45,416 nt of DNA, taken from a virus (lineage: Duplodnaviria > Caudoviricetes). The DNA lies in IMG/VR virus record IMGVR_UViG_3300031644_001202, positions 1 through 45,416 of that record, one strand, 5' to 3'. Position 1 is the first letter of the stretch. Every line of letters begins with the position of its first letter. Both the position numbers and the translations under genes were made by a program. The notes beneath the pieces were generated by a model, which did no database searches, was not told the DNA's origin, and was given only the letters and a program-made list of their open reading frames with translations. Shown piece by piece: positions 35,301-44,809 of the stretch.

Positions 35301-35660
35301 CGGCAAGACGACATTGAGCGTCGCCGGTTCGCCGCTCGCCAGCGCGAGTTGCAGGCGCAATTGGCCGAGGCACAGGCAGGCGGTGACGCACAGGCGGTGG
35401 CCAACGCCAGTCGTGCGCTTGGCCTGCTGCGGCAGATCGAGGCCGAGAGCGCCCAGGCCAGGCAGGCAGAGGAACAGAAAAAGCGCATGGAAGCGCAGCA
35501 GGCCACCCAGCCGGCTGCACAGCAGGCCGCGCAAACGCCGAGCAAGGTGATTCGCCTGGAGATTCCGGGCCGCCCTGCTGTTGATGTGTCGGTGAGCGGT
35601 GATGCCGCCGAGACCAACCTGCTGAGCATTCTCGAACAAGCCGGCTTGAGGAGCCTGTAA
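32391..35660 (+). CDS. Tail tape measure protein
   Basis: 1089 aa, Ala/Gln-rich and helical; tape-measure core (ALQSPSKAMAALGRQG). Confidence 0.9.
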   Translation: MAGIKERLISFILRGKDELSPAAKKSEAALSSLKDASEQLGQALDNAKETVGLAQSLTQVRRATEQAQRNLEDAEKQVVDLREALSKTPDAAGLERSLQLAEREANRSRKQLSAWTAQLAEAEKAAKAAGIDTDNLSDEQKRLASEVDKARRALDDNNAQLKIAQREQAAAARATAEHGSRVESLKGAMSSGAKQVLAFAAAYISLNAAMGLVQRGLSLMSQGIRAVAMDGSDKQQALAQLEATLASTGRQAEFTTQQLLDMADAMEASSMLTAEQVQSAQARLLSYTDVAANEFPRALQIVIDQQQRLGISAEQSAEIVGRALQSPSKAMAALGRQGFTLEAGQQRLLKQLEATGRMAEAQSIIMDMLTEAYGGAAAAARMNTFQGLLKGITDRFGDFASRVANSGAFEYMQRKLVDVSNYLDQMASDGRLDRLAEGLSKGFIQGVEWAERFAKKLLDIDFQKATDDAAAWFSSLGQHLDETQQKLAAFVLPFRALFNGLTSGLSLVAAAVTSKMSEVLGLVDEVAKRLPDALGGERLRNSVRAARESLDGLTAGFVAQVEQDGKDIQSAWDAAMGGIAESTETKMAEVTETIKLDTVSQADFVRQAVTSMQGALDQISTAKTVAQLRQVGDEMYAAYKRGDISQQEYSASSVELNRRLTELGGAAKTMAGAVGVAAESLKSLADVQRAISDAKTDRDIAAIRTALQGLYNTGQVTAAQYNAELSKLNARQKELTQALQGSKKAQDDKNKSDREAIVTSEQLRRESGKRMEAERKAGDEAMQRRRKESSDAQRDMSAMEDFYNGVMNRAREPVAALGRAALEAFDRLRGISSAAPSIDTSSLDATRTSLESVSKALGDVRAALAMPMQSSLARWMAETQQASLQTQQAFLSQKASLQSLMRDYERGSLTAQQFVRRASGMKNALSLLDESDLSGLESAIEAANQRMKQMGDSTRSTLESLQDELDGLQGRQDDIERRRFAARQRELQAQLAEAQAGGDAQAVANASRALGLLRQIEAESAQARQAEEQKKRMEAQQATQPAAQQAAQTPSKVIRLEIPGRPAVDVSVSGDAAETNLLSILEQAGLRSL

Positions 35661-36115
35661 TGCAACTGACCCTGGATAGCCTCGACCTGGCTGCCGATCC
35701 GAAGCTGGGCGGCGAGCAGATGGAGTGGGTAGACGAGTGGGACTGGAACGCCATCGAGCAGGAGCAGGAACGCTCGCTTACCGGTGCGCTGATCGTGCAG
35801 GAAGGCGTCAAGCTGTACGGCCGCCCGATCACGCTCAGCAGCAACGGCGGGGCCTGGTTCCCGCTCTCGACCGTGCGTGCACTTGAAGCGATGGCCAGCG
35901 TGCCGAGTGCCGTGCACCTGCTCACGCTGCCGAGCGGCGATCAGCACTATGTGACGTGGAACCGAGTCGCCGGCCCTGTCGTTCAGGCCGTGCCTGTACA
36001 CCGCACCGTCGCGCCAGGCCCTGACTGGCTCTATCAGCTCACCCTGCGCCTGATCACCGTCGCGCCACCACCACCGCCGCCCGACCCTGAGCCGGAACCC
36101 GACCCCGAACCCTGA
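35660..36115 (+). CDS. Tail protein (distal-tail-like)
   Basis: WVDEWDW...RSLTGALIVQ..GRPITL; follows the tape measure gene. Confidence 0.65.
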   Translation: MQLTLDSLDLAADPKLGGEQMEWVDEWDWNAIEQEQERSLTGALIVQEGVKLYGRPITLSSNGGAWFPLSTVRALEAMASVPSAVHLLTLPSGDQHYVTWNRVAGPVVQAVPVHRTVAPGPDWLYQLTLRLITVAPPPPPPDPEPEPDPEP

Positions 36116-36116
36116 C

Positions 36117-36139
36117 AGCCCGCCCCGTGCGGGCTTTTT
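36117..36139 (+). terminator. Rho-independent terminator-like hairpin
   Basis: AGCCCGC-CCCGT-GCGGGCT-TTTT. Confidence 0.5.
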
Positions 36140-36159
36140 GTTGCCTGGAGATTGATGGC

Positions 36160-39100
36160 ATGACCATTGCCGCAACTGACGTAAAGCTGCTGAAAAGCCA
36201 GCGCCTGACCGACGAGAACGACGGCGGCGGCCGCGCCACCGGCAACGCCGTGGTCGATGGCGAAGTGAACAACGTGTTCCCCGACATCAGCCGTCTCGAC
36301 CGCACCACCGGCCGCATCAACCTGCGCAAGCTGTTCGGCGGGCCGATGACGCAGAACGCTGACGCCTACCTGGGTGCGCATTCCATCGTCACCAAGGCCC
36401 CGGCTGATCCGCGTGTGAGCGTGCTGCTGTTCAACACCGGCAGCCAGATCGACGAGCGCCGCGACGCGCAGAACGCTATCGAGAGCTATGTGGCCGCCGC
36501 GACCACCGCGCAGTTCGAGCTGCTGGGCACTCAGCTTGCCGGCCAGCGCGCCATCGCCTGCGTGCAGCGCGAAGAACAGCGCGTGCCGGAGATCGGCGAG
36601 GTGTTCCAGCTGGTAACCGCCAGCGCATCGCAATACGTGCGCCTAACCAGCGTGGACGCTCGCCTCGAGCAATTCACATTCGATTACGGCAACGGCAACT
36701 TCGTCAACTTCACCCGGCGCCGGCTTGATCTGTCCATCAGCGCGCCGCTGCTGAATGAGTTCCCAGGTGGCCAGGTTACTCCTGCCGGCACTTCGTCGAC
36801 AGCGCTGAGCGGCGCGGCCAAGGCCCGTGTACTCAGCACCCAGGTAGCCGATGCTGCCCGCTACTACGGTATCAGCCCGCTGGCCGAGGCCGTGGCGCAG
36901 GGCGCGCTCAATCTGCGTGTGCAGTCCGTCTATAGCCAGTTGGTGCCGAGCACCACCAAAGAGAGCGCCCTGGTGGACGTGCTGGGCGGCTATCAGCGGC
37001 AGATCTACGTGCCGGCCGGGCCGTCTCGTTCGGTTGCGCTCACCGTTGCTGCCGGCGCGCTGGCGGGCGAATCCCGCACGTTCCTCGGTACCGGCTGTGC
37101 GCCGGGCACGCTGACCATCGTCGCTAACGGCGGCACGTACAGCGACGACAGCAAGGGCGGGCTGCGCTACGTGAGCGGCAGCAACTGGCTCAGCTCTGGC
37201 CGCGTGGATTACCAGACCGGCGAAGTTACCCTGGCCCGTACCGGCACCAGCTGGACGGGTAGCGCGAACGGCACCTATCGCCCCGGCGCCGCCGCGACCG
37301 GCGACACCATTACCGGCGAAGTCGAAATCACCCTCGGCAATCGCGGCTATGTCTACACCCTGAATCTCTCCGGCGCCGTGCCGCGTGCTGGCACGCTGTC
37401 TGTCAGCTTCATGGCCCTGGGCAAATGGTACGAACTGCGCGACCAGGGCGACGGCCTGCTGACCGGCGAGGGTGCTGGCACCATATCGTTCGCCACCGGC
37501 TCGGTATCGCTGACGCTCGACGCACTGCCGGACGTGGGCAGCTCGCTGATCTACAGCTACGTCAGCTCGGCTGACAACGCGATCACTGAGCGTTCTGGCG
37601 GCAGCGTCGTGCCAAAGCTTGAGGTGCGCTACACCCTGCCCGAAGGCGGGGTGCTGCCGGGGTCGTTCTTGGCCAACTTCACCGCTGGCACCGTGCGCAC
37701 GCTCACTGACAACGGCCAGGGCGTGCTGAGCGGCACGGGCGGCACCGGCACCATTGCTTACGCCTCGGGCGAAGTGGTGATGGTGCTGAGTGCTACGCCA
37801 TTGGGCGGCATTGCCTACGCATGGGAGCGTGGCGCTGTCGACAGCGGTGCGCTGGCAGTGACCAGCGACGGCAGCGGCATGGCGACGTTCACCATTCCCG
37901 GTGCGCCGCTCAAGCCGGGGTCTGTGCGCGTCAACTGGATGACCACGCGCCGCCAGGCCGCCCCGGCCATCAACTGGGGCGTGATCGAGGCGGGCAACGT
38001 GCTGCCGGTGTATGACGGCTATCGCGATATCTCGAACGTGGCCAACGATAACGGCAACGGCGGCTGGCAGGGCGGGCGCGCGGGCAGCATCAACTACACC
38101 ACCGGCCAGGTGACGCTGCAGGTTGCAGCGCTGTACGACTACACCGAGTACACCTACAGCACCCGCAGCAAGCGCAATGTCATTAGCGGGCGCGCAACCG
38201 AGCCGGTGCTGGTGACCACCAACGTGCAGCTGCGCGAATCGTTCGGCGGCACCGTCGAGCACTCAGCCCAGGCCGACAGCGTGAGCACGGACCCGCAAAC
38301 CGCCAGCCAGGCGCAGCCGCCGATCACCGTTGAGCTGCTGCCGGGTATTGCCGAACCCATCGTGCCGGGCAGCCTGCTGTTTAGCTGGAATGGCTCGGTC
38401 TACTGCGACCGCTCCGGCATCCTGTATCGCGACGTTGCCAGCAACACCAACGGCGGCGTGGCGGTGGGGGCGGTGAACTATGCCGACCGCACCGTCTCGA
38501 TCAACAGCTATGGCGGTAATGCGACAGGCGCCGTGACCCTGCTGGCGTGCCTGACAGCGGCTGTGGGCTTCAGCGTGACCGCTGCGACCTACCGCACCCC
38601 GGGTGCGCCATTGCGCGCCGGTAGCATGCAGGTCACGGCGGTGCGGGCGGATACCGCCGAGGTGGTGACCGCTGCGAGCAACCTCAACGGCGAGTTCGAT
38701 AGCGGCATTGTGCGCGGCACCGTCGACGCAACGACCGGCATCACCCGGCTGACATTCACGACAGACCCGGACGATGACACCGGGGCGAGCGACATCGCCG
38801 TGATTCCGCTGCTGCTGCGCTATAACGCCGTGGTGCAAACGCGCTTGCCGCTCGATGCCGGTCTGTTGGGTCTTGACCCGGTGCGCCTGCCGGCCGATGG
38901 CCGTGTGCCGGTGTACCGCGATGGCGACGTGTTGGTGATTCACCACACCGCCGAAACGGTGGTGGCATCGCCGACTGCTGGCGGCACGCTGCAGCTCGAC
39001 CGCGTGCAGCATGCTGACATCGAGGTGGTGGACGGTGCCGGCACAGTGTTGCGCGCTGCTTCGTTCACGGCTGATCGCGAGCTGGGCACTGTCACCTGGG

Positions 39101-39741
39101 CGAACCCGCTGGTGCTGCAGGACGAGGCGGGCAACCCACTCGGCCTGCCGCTGCTCGTGCGGGACCGCGTAGAGCACATGGCCCTGTGCACCGAGGTGCA
39201 GATTACCGGCGCGCTGGGTATCAGCTCCCCGCTGCCGTGGGAACTGCCTGCCGGCGAGGCCATGGTGAGCAGCGCCGTGGCCTGGGGCGACCTGCAAGCG
39301 CGGATTCACACCTGGTTCGCGCAGCAGACCTGGAGCCAGGGCGCGCCGAACTGGACCGACGCACCCATCGGCAACACCACCACGGCGCAATACAACCAGC
39401 TGAGCTATCCGCCGATCATCACCAACGCGGGCGGCATCGCCGGCAAGTGGGCGCTGGTGTTCACCTCGGCCACGGCGTTCAACGTGGTGGAGGAACGCCT
39501 GGGCGTGATCGCCACTGGCAACACCAGCACAGACTGCGCGCCCATCAACGCGCTGACCGGGCAGCCCTATTTCACGATCCCGTGGCAGGGGTGGGGCTCC
39601 GGTTGGGCGGCGGGTAACGCCGTGCGATTTAACACAGACTCGGCGCTTGGCCCGATGTGGTGCATCCGCACCGTCATCAGTGGGCAGGGCACGGTGGACG
39701 ATGACAAGTTCGAACTGCAGGTTCGGGGGGATGCGGACTGA
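36160..39741 (+). CDS. Large tail-tip/structural protein
   Basis: About 1193 aa, beta/Gly-rich, with recurring G.VDY.TG-type motifs. Confidence 0.75.
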   Translation: MTIAATDVKLLKSQRLTDENDGGGRATGNAVVDGEVNNVFPDISRLDRTTGRINLRKLFGGPMTQNADAYLGAHSIVTKAPADPRVSVLLFNTGSQIDERRDAQNAIESYVAAATTAQFELLGTQLAGQRAIACVQREEQRVPEIGEVFQLVTASASQYVRLTSVDARLEQFTFDYGNGNFVNFTRRRLDLSISAPLLNEFPGGQVTPAGTSSTALSGAAKARVLSTQVADAARYYGISPLAEAVAQGALNLRVQSVYSQLVPSTTKESALVDVLGGYQRQIYVPAGPSRSVALTVAAGALAGESRTFLGTGCAPGTLTIVANGGTYSDDSKGGLRYVSGSNWLSSGRVDYQTGEVTLARTGTSWTGSANGTYRPGAAATGDTITGEVEITLGNRGYVYTLNLSGAVPRAGTLSVSFMALGKWYELRDQGDGLLTGEGAGTISFATGSVSLTLDALPDVGSSLIYSYVSSADNAITERSGGSVVPKLEVRYTLPEGGVLPGSFLANFTAGTVRTLTDNGQGVLSGTGGTGTIAYASGEVVMVLSATPLGGIAYAWERGAVDSGALAVTSDGSGMATFTIPGAPLKPGSVRVNWMTTRRQAAPAINWGVIEAGNVLPVYDGYRDISNVANDNGNGGWQGGRAGSINYTTGQVTLQVAALYDYTEYTYSTRSKRNVISGRATEPVLVTTNVQLRESFGGTVEHSAQADSVSTDPQTASQAQPPITVELLPGIAEPIVPGSLLFSWNGSVYCDRSGILYRDVASNTNGGVAVGAVNYADRTVSINSYGGNATGAVTLLACLTAAVGFSVTAATYRTPGAPLRAGSMQVTAVRADTAEVVTAASNLNGEFDSGIVRGTVDATTGITRLTFTTDPDDDTGASDIAVIPLLLRYNAVVQTRLPLDAGLLGLDPVRLPADGRVPVYRDGDVLVIHHTAETVVASPTAGGTLQLDRVQHADIEVVDGAGTVLRAASFTADRELGTVTWANPLVLQDEAGNPLGLPLLVRDRVEHMALCTEVQITGALGISSPLPWELPAGEAMVSSAVAWGDLQARIHTWFAQQTWSQGAPNWTDAPIGNTTTAQYNQLSYPPIITNAGGIAGKWALVFTSATAFNVVEERLGVIATGNTSTDCAPINALTGQPYFTIPWQGWGSGWAAGNAVRFNTDSALGPMWCIRTVISGQGTVDDDKFELQVRGDAD

Positions 39742-40730
39742 TGACTGTGCGAATGTATTCAAGCCTGGATGCTGGGGCGCCGATACTGACCGGGCAGAAC
39801 TTCCAGCGGCTGCGGCAGCTGCTGGGGGCCTGCCTGGTCACCGGCTATGGCGCCAAGGGTGGTGCTGGCTGGACGCTGGCTCACGAGTCCGTAGATGGGC
39901 TCGGCTTCAGCTTCAGTAATGGCATGGGGGTGGTGGCGTTTGTAGCGTCTACGGCGGCCGCTAATCGCAGTGAAATTTACATCATGGAGACCGTCACGGA
40001 TGGAACCACCGCACTCCCGTCAGGGTACAACCGGCGCAGCGGGCCGTGGTTCGACGGGCAGTCTACGACGGAGCGCTGCGGTGTTTGGCTGGGTGGCCTG
40101 AGTGGCCTGAACCCGCACTGGTTCGCGGTGGCAGACGAGCACACGTTCACGGTGATGTTTTGTTCGGGGACAGGGACGGCGGATAATGGGTCCGCATCCA
40201 CATCCGCCGCCATCTATGTGGGGGCCTACATCACTCCGCTGGATGATGTGGGCTTTTGTGTGGTTGGTGGCAACCCATCAGGATTCAACCCGTACCTTGG
40301 CCGGCAGGGGCAAGTGGGTATGTCGCTGCGAAATCCATTTACGGGGCTCGTGGACCAAGGGGTAACGCCTCGCTATACCGCGAGCCCGGCCCGTTATGGA
40401 CGCGCATACGAATCTGCTTCTCTTTCGCGAGTTCAGCCTTCTCGGCTGACGCCTGTGCGGGCTGGACTTCTGGGTTGGGGCGCTGGGCTTTCGGCCGGCA
40501 CGAGCGCTGATCGGGCTGTGGTATGCGGGTATCTGCGGGGGCTGGTGAGTGAGGCGACGTTGAGTGGCGCCGCGCTTTCTCAGATCGTTGGGCTATTCGG
40601 CGCGGCGAATGTCTGGCAGTCCCGTGTGACGCCAGTGACTCTGCCTAACTCGCAGCAGTGGATGCCTCTCAGCAGCTGGAGCTTCGACGAGGCGTTTTTC
40701 ATGAGCCTCAACCAGGCTGACTGGGAGTAG
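39741..40730 (+). CDS. Tail-associated protein (candidate host-range protein)
   Basis: YSSLDAGAP...ACLVTGYG.K..AGW N-terminus; tail module position. Confidence 0.6.
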   Translation: MTVRMYSSLDAGAPILTGQNFQRLRQLLGACLVTGYGAKGGAGWTLAHESVDGLGFSFSNGMGVVAFVASTAAANRSEIYIMETVTDGTTALPSGYNRRSGPWFDGQSTTERCGVWLGGLSGLNPHWFAVADEHTFTVMFCSGTGTADNGSASTSAAIYVGAYITPLDDVGFCVVGGNPSGFNPYLGRQGQVGMSLRNPFTGLVDQGVTPRYTASPARYGRAYESASLSRVQPSRLTPVRAGLLGWGAGLSAGTSADRAVVCGYLRGLVSEATLSGAALSQIVGLFGAANVWQSRVTPVTLPNSQQWMPLSSWSFDEAFFMSLNQADWE

Positions 40731-40732
40731 CT

Positions 40733-41488
40733 ATGAACTATGTAGATCCGGTGATCATCCCCTTTGACCTGGGTTTGGCTACTCGTGCAGTGACGCTACA
40801 GCTCACGCGGGACGGTGAGCAGACGGCTGCGCCAAAAGTAGCGCTGTTGCTGGATCGCGCGCTGGTACCGCAGGCGGTGTTTGCTACTGCGCATATGGCT
40901 ACCCAGCGCTTCCTCGCTGCTGCGGTGGACGGTGGTTGGCTGGTGGTCGCATTGGATGAGACACCGGCCGCCCGCGCTGCCGCCCGCTATGTGCAGGTAA
41001 GTAGCGACGTCACCATCGCCATCGATCTCAACGACGGCAGCGGCGGCGGGGGTGGCGGAGTCCCGGCGACGGTAGCGGCGCTTACCCGCGTTGATCGCCT
41101 GCCGGCGCAACGCGAAGTCGTTGTGCTGGATCGCGCGGTAGACGGCGCCTGGCGTGTGGCGGGTAGTGGCATCACCGACGAGGCGGGCGCTGCGCAGCTG
41201 GATCTGCGCGTGACGCCATCGAGCCGGGTGTATGCGATGGCGGCGGATGACTACGGCCTGTCGTACCAGGCGGATCTGTCCGTTGCGGTCGGCCAGCGCA
41301 TCCGCCCAACGCAGTACACCGGCTGGGTGTATGAGATCACCCAGGCCGGCCAACTGCCCTCGACTGAGCCCGAGTGGTGGGCTGCGGTGGGCGAGAACCC
41401 ATCCCGCCCGCTGGGCACTGCTCGGGCGGTCGCTCGTCGCTATTTCCAACCCATCGCCCATGGCCCGGTGCCTGTCGAGGTGATCTGA
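40733..41488 (+). CDS. Tail-associated protein
   Basis: Poly-Gly linker and EPEWW motif; coupled to neighbouring genes. Confidence 0.6.
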   Translation: MNYVDPVIIPFDLGLATRAVTLQLTRDGEQTAAPKVALLLDRALVPQAVFATAHMATQRFLAAAVDGGWLVVALDETPAARAAARYVQVSSDVTIAIDLNDGSGGGGGGVPATVAALTRVDRLPAQREVVVLDRAVDGAWRVAGSGITDEAGAAQLDLRVTPSSRVYAMAADDYGLSYQADLSVAVGQRIRPTQYTGWVYEITQAGQLPSTEPEWWAAVGENPSRPLGTARAVARRYFQPIAHGPVPVEVI

Positions 41489-43245
41489 TGATCAGCGTTT
41501 CAATCGGTGGAGGCTGGGGCCGTGCGGCCTCGGCCGACCGCGCTGCGTCTGCAATGCCGTGGGATGCCCTGCGCCAGGTCGACCGGCGCGCCGCTGCTCG
41601 TTGGCGTATCGCAGGCATTGCGGATCGGCGCGCAACAGCCGTGCCCTGGGCGCGGGTGCCAACGCGGGATCTACAGCAGGCCGCGCGCTGGGGTGTTGCC
41701 GGCCGGCTCGATGCACAAGCCAGCGCGCAGCCGTGGGGCTGGGTGCCGGCGAAAGACTTGGCGGTGGCCAGTGGCTGGGATCACACAATCAAGCCGCGTG
41801 ACCTGCGGCTGCGGCTGATCTACAACCCCAAGCCGGCCCGCAAGGATCTGGCAATCGCGGCAGGGCATCGGCGGGTCAATGAGTACGGCCCGCGCTTCAA
41901 TGCCGAAACCGCCCTGCAGGACAGCCTTTACGTGCCAGGCCCTAACTGGCTGGTGTTCGAGTTCGGCGGCCGGCCGTACTTCCCCAGCACGTCGCCGGAG
42001 GTGTTCTTTGACTTCCGTTATGTGCCGGCGACGCCCGCGATTCAGCCGACCGACATGCGCCGCACCCGCGTGCGCTGGCAGTCAGCGCGCCGGCTGAACC
42101 TGGGGCGCACCCTGCCATGGGGCAAGGCCCGCCAGGTCGACGGCGTGCTGACTGATCTGCCCTACGTGGACTACCCCGGCCCGGTCAAACCGCTGCCGGA
42201 GCCGCCGCCAGCCCCAACCATTCTGGATACATACATGATCGCGAACACCGTCAACCTTGTGGCGCTGCCGAGCCGTACGCCTATCGAGGCGAAGAACATC
42301 AGGGTCGGGGTGGATGCCGACTCGTGGAGCTGGTCGTTCAGTGCCGACATTTTCAGCGCGGCCGCCTATGACCTGCTTGGGCCTGATGCTGAGGGCGCCA
42401 AGTATGTGGAGCTGGATATAAACGGCTGGGTTTGGGTGCTGCGCATTGGCAGCCGTGGCCGTTCGCTCAAGTTTCCCAGCGCTGCCTATTCGATCAAGGG
42501 CAGCAGCCGGAGCCAGTTGCTCGACAGCCCGCATGCGCCGCTGCGTACGGGCATCAATGGCGCCATGATCAATGCCGCGCAGGCGGCAGAGGCCGAGCTG
42601 CTGAACACGGGCTTCACCCTCGATTGGCAGGCGACTGACTGGACGTTCCCGGCCGGCTCGCTGAGCTATCAGAGCCAGTCGCCAATCCGTGTGATCGCTC
42701 GCCTGGCCGAGACGATTGGCGCCGTGGTACTGCCTGCTCGAGACGGTGACCACCTCGATGTTGTGCCGCGCTATCCGGCGCCGCCATGGGAGTGGAGCCA
42801 AGTCGACGCGCCGATCAGTCGCATCATTCCGCCCGCGATCATGACCGCATTGGGTGGCGAGTGGACCGAGCAGCCGGCGTGGAACGCCTGCTACACCTCG
42901 GGCACGTCGTTCGGCTGCTCGATGCTGGTGCGGCGTGCCGGCACTGCCGGCGACAACCCGACACCGGATGTATTCGACGACTGGCTGACCGATCAGCCGG
43001 CCAACCAAGCGCGCGGCACGCACGAGCTGAGCAGGGGCGGCAACATCGAGGTGGTGCCTATCTCAATCCCGCTGTTTCCGTTCACGGATGATCACGGTGT
43101 TGGCCTGGTGCTGCCGGCGCAGCTGTGCCGGGTGCCCGAGGAAACTGGCGCTTGGGTAGGCCTTTGCCTGGGTGTGGACATCAGCGCCGAGGGAACCGGC
43201 GCCGTGCGCGTACAGCAGCAGATCCAGCTGGAGCGGCATCTCTAA
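41488..43245 (+). CDS. Tail hub/baseplate-like protein
   Basis: Trp-rich N-terminal repeats; DSWSWSFS and VPRYP..PW motifs; TGATG coupling. Confidence 0.6.
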   Translation: MISVSIGGGWGRAASADRAASAMPWDALRQVDRRAAARWRIAGIADRRATAVPWARVPTRDLQQAARWGVAGRLDAQASAQPWGWVPAKDLAVASGWDHTIKPRDLRLRLIYNPKPARKDLAIAAGHRRVNEYGPRFNAETALQDSLYVPGPNWLVFEFGGRPYFPSTSPEVFFDFRYVPATPAIQPTDMRRTRVRWQSARRLNLGRTLPWGKARQVDGVLTDLPYVDYPGPVKPLPEPPPAPTILDTYMIANTVNLVALPSRTPIEAKNIRVGVDADSWSWSFSADIFSAAAYDLLGPDAEGAKYVELDINGWVWVLRIGSRGRSLKFPSAAYSIKGSSRSQLLDSPHAPLRTGINGAMINAAQAAEAELLNTGFTLDWQATDWTFPAGSLSYQSQSPIRVIARLAETIGAVVLPARDGDHLDVVPRYPAPPWEWSQVDAPISRIIPPAIMTALGGEWTEQPAWNACYTSGTSFGCSMLVRRAGTAGDNPTPDVFDDWLTDQPANQARGTHELSRGGNIEVVPISIPLFPFTDDHGVGLVLPAQLCRVPEETGAWVGLCLGVDISAEGTGAVRVQQQIQLERHL

Positions 43246-43481
43246 TGGCTACGACAAACCCATGGAAACGCTTCATCGGCCTGCTGCCCGGTGGCGTGCG
43301 CACCGTCGCTACCGTGCGCAGCATCAATGCCACGGCGGGGCTAAGCGAGGTAGAGCTGCGCACCGGTACGCGCGTCACCGTTCGCGGTGTCGACGTGCCT
43401 GTGAACAGCAAGGCCTACATAGCCGACGGCACGATTACCGGCCCGGCGCCGGACCTGCCGCACTTTGATGTGGATGTTTAG
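43245..43481 (+). CDS. Small tail protein (78 aa, MATTNPWKRF...)
   Basis: TAATG coupling to the previous gene. Confidence 0.6.
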   Translation: MATTNPWKRFIGLLPGGVRTVATVRSINATAGLSEVELRTGTRVTVRGVDVPVNSKAYIADGTITGPAPDLPHFDVDV

Positions 43482-43684
43482 GCGGTCTGGCTCGCCAGGC
43501 ACTCAAGGGCGAACTGTGTGGTGTAGGGGATCTCTCGCGCCATCGTCTCGCTCTTGTAATTGCGCAAGGCCTTCGGAGTGATACCCAGGCGCCGGGCCAC
43601 CTCTTCCTGGGTGAGCCCGGTCTGGTCGATCAGGCCCGCGATATAGCGCGGGTCTGGGTTGTGGAGGGAGGCGTCAGGCTTCAT
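43478..43684 (-). CDS. XRE-family HTH protein
   Basis: GLTQEEVARRLGITPKALRNY; PYTTQFALECL. Confidence 0.8.
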   Translation of the reverse strand: MKPDASLHNPDPRYIAGLIDQTGLTQEEVARRLGITPKALRNYKSETMAREIPYTTQFALECLASQTA

Positions 43685-43880
43685 CGCTTTCGTACTGCTC
43701 GCGACGGATCTTCTGAGTCTCGTCCAGCAGTGCCAGCCATTGAGTCTGGTTGACTTCTTCTGTGTCGACGATGCACTCGCGGCTGATCAGGCTCAGCATG
43801 ATCCGGCCATCAAGCTCGTCGGCCTCGCTACCCATCAGTTCGGCGATTTCGTAGGTGGTGGTGTCGTTAGTGATTTTCAT
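43674..43880 (-). CDS. Small acidic hypothetical protein (68 aa)
   Basis: AGGAG RBS; overlaps the HTH gene start. Confidence 0.65.
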   Translation of the reverse strand: MKITNDTTTYEIAELMGSEADELDGRIMLSLISRECIVDTEEVNQTQWLALLDETQKIRREQYESDEA

Positions 43881-43930
43881 GGCGCATCTCCTTTTGTCGC
43901 CTGGCCTGTGCGGCTGGCATGGGTGTAACT

Positions 43931-43971
43931 ATAGGAACATTGTTCCTATGATGCAATGGGAACAATGTTCC
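43931..43971. promoter_or_regulatory. Two palindromic operator-like sites
   Basis: ATAGGAACA-T-TGTTCCTAT (43931-43949) and GGAACA-A-TGTTCC (43959-43971). Confidence 0.65.
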
Positions 43972-44000
43972 GTTTGTCGGATTTTATCTGATCATCCGCT

Positions 44001-44024
44001 GCCCGCCACGCGCGGGCTTTTTTT
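44001..44024 (+). terminator. Rho-independent terminator-like hairpin
   Basis: GCCCGC-CACGC-GCGGGC-TTTTTTT. Confidence 0.5.
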
Positions 44025-44039
44025 CGCCTGGAGGAAACT

Positions 44040-44486
44040 ATGTCCACACCACGTGGCGTCCGCAACAACAACCCCGGCAACATCGACTTCAACCCGCGCA
44101 ACAACTGGCAAGGCCAGCTCGGCCTGGAGCTGGGTGTGCCGCGCCCACGCTTCGCCCGCTTCGACACACCGGAGAATGGCATCCGCGCATTGGCCAAGCT
44201 GTTGCTGAACTACCGAGGTAAGTCTGGCATGCCTGGCGTGGGCGGGCCTGGCATCGACACCGTGCGCGAGACCATCAGCCGCTGGGCGCCTGGCAACGAA
44301 AACGATACCGAGGCCTACATTTCCGCCGTCGCCAAGGCCCTCGGCGTTACGCCTGACGCCGTGATCGATGTGCGGCAGCGCCCAGTGCTGCGCGCTCTGG
44401 TCGTGGAGATCATCAAGCACGAGAACGGTGCACAGCCATACAAGACTGAGGTGATCGACGAGGGTGTGCGGAGGGCGCTGGCATGA
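44040..44486 (+). CDS. Putative endolysin (lysozyme-like)
   Basis: RGVRNNNPGNI, F.TPENGIRA, RWAP..ENDT.AY and HENG motifs; precedes the spanins. Confidence 0.7.
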   Translation: MSTPRGVRNNNPGNIDFNPRNNWQGQLGLELGVPRPRFARFDTPENGIRALAKLLLNYRGKSGMPGVGGPGIDTVRETISRWAPGNENDTEAYISAVAKALGVTPDAVIDVRQRPVLRALVVEIIKHENGAQPYKTEVIDEGVRRALA

Positions 44487-44809
44487 GTGGCTATGAGTTC
44501 AAAGCCATATCACGGTGCCTGGCAGAGTCCGCTCCTGGGGCGCTTTCGTTCTTCTGCCTCGGCTGCAATATGCCGCATACCGTCCAGATAGGTGACGGCC
44601 CCGGCGAGCGCTGGGGCTACAACGGCAACGCCGAGGCGCCGACATTCACGCCGTCCGTGCTCTGTCGTTACCTGTGGAGCGATGGCCAGCGTGTTTGTCA
44701 CTCGTTCGTCACTGACGGGCAGATCCAATACCTGGGCGACTGCACCCATCATTTGGCCGGCAAGACAATCGAGCTGCCGACCTGGGAGGAAGCATGGGCG
44801 CGTTGGTAG
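44483..44809 (+). CDS. Small Cys/His-rich protein (DUF6527-like)
   Basis: FCLGCNMPH, WGYNGN..PTFTPSVL, CHSFVTDGQIQYLGDCTH. Confidence 0.65.
   Translation: MSGYEFKAISRCLAESAPGALSFFCLGCNMPHTVQIGDGPGERWGYNGNAEAPTFTPSVLCRYLWSDGQRVCHSFVTDGQIQYLGDCTHHLAGKTIELPTWEEAWARW

Noticed and set aside
36160-43481. Remote DGR target in the tail-tip genes
   Set aside because: No C-terminus resembles the VR peptide (AWIQ...ARPAFAVR) and no TR-like DNA was seen by eye. A BLAST search would confirm.
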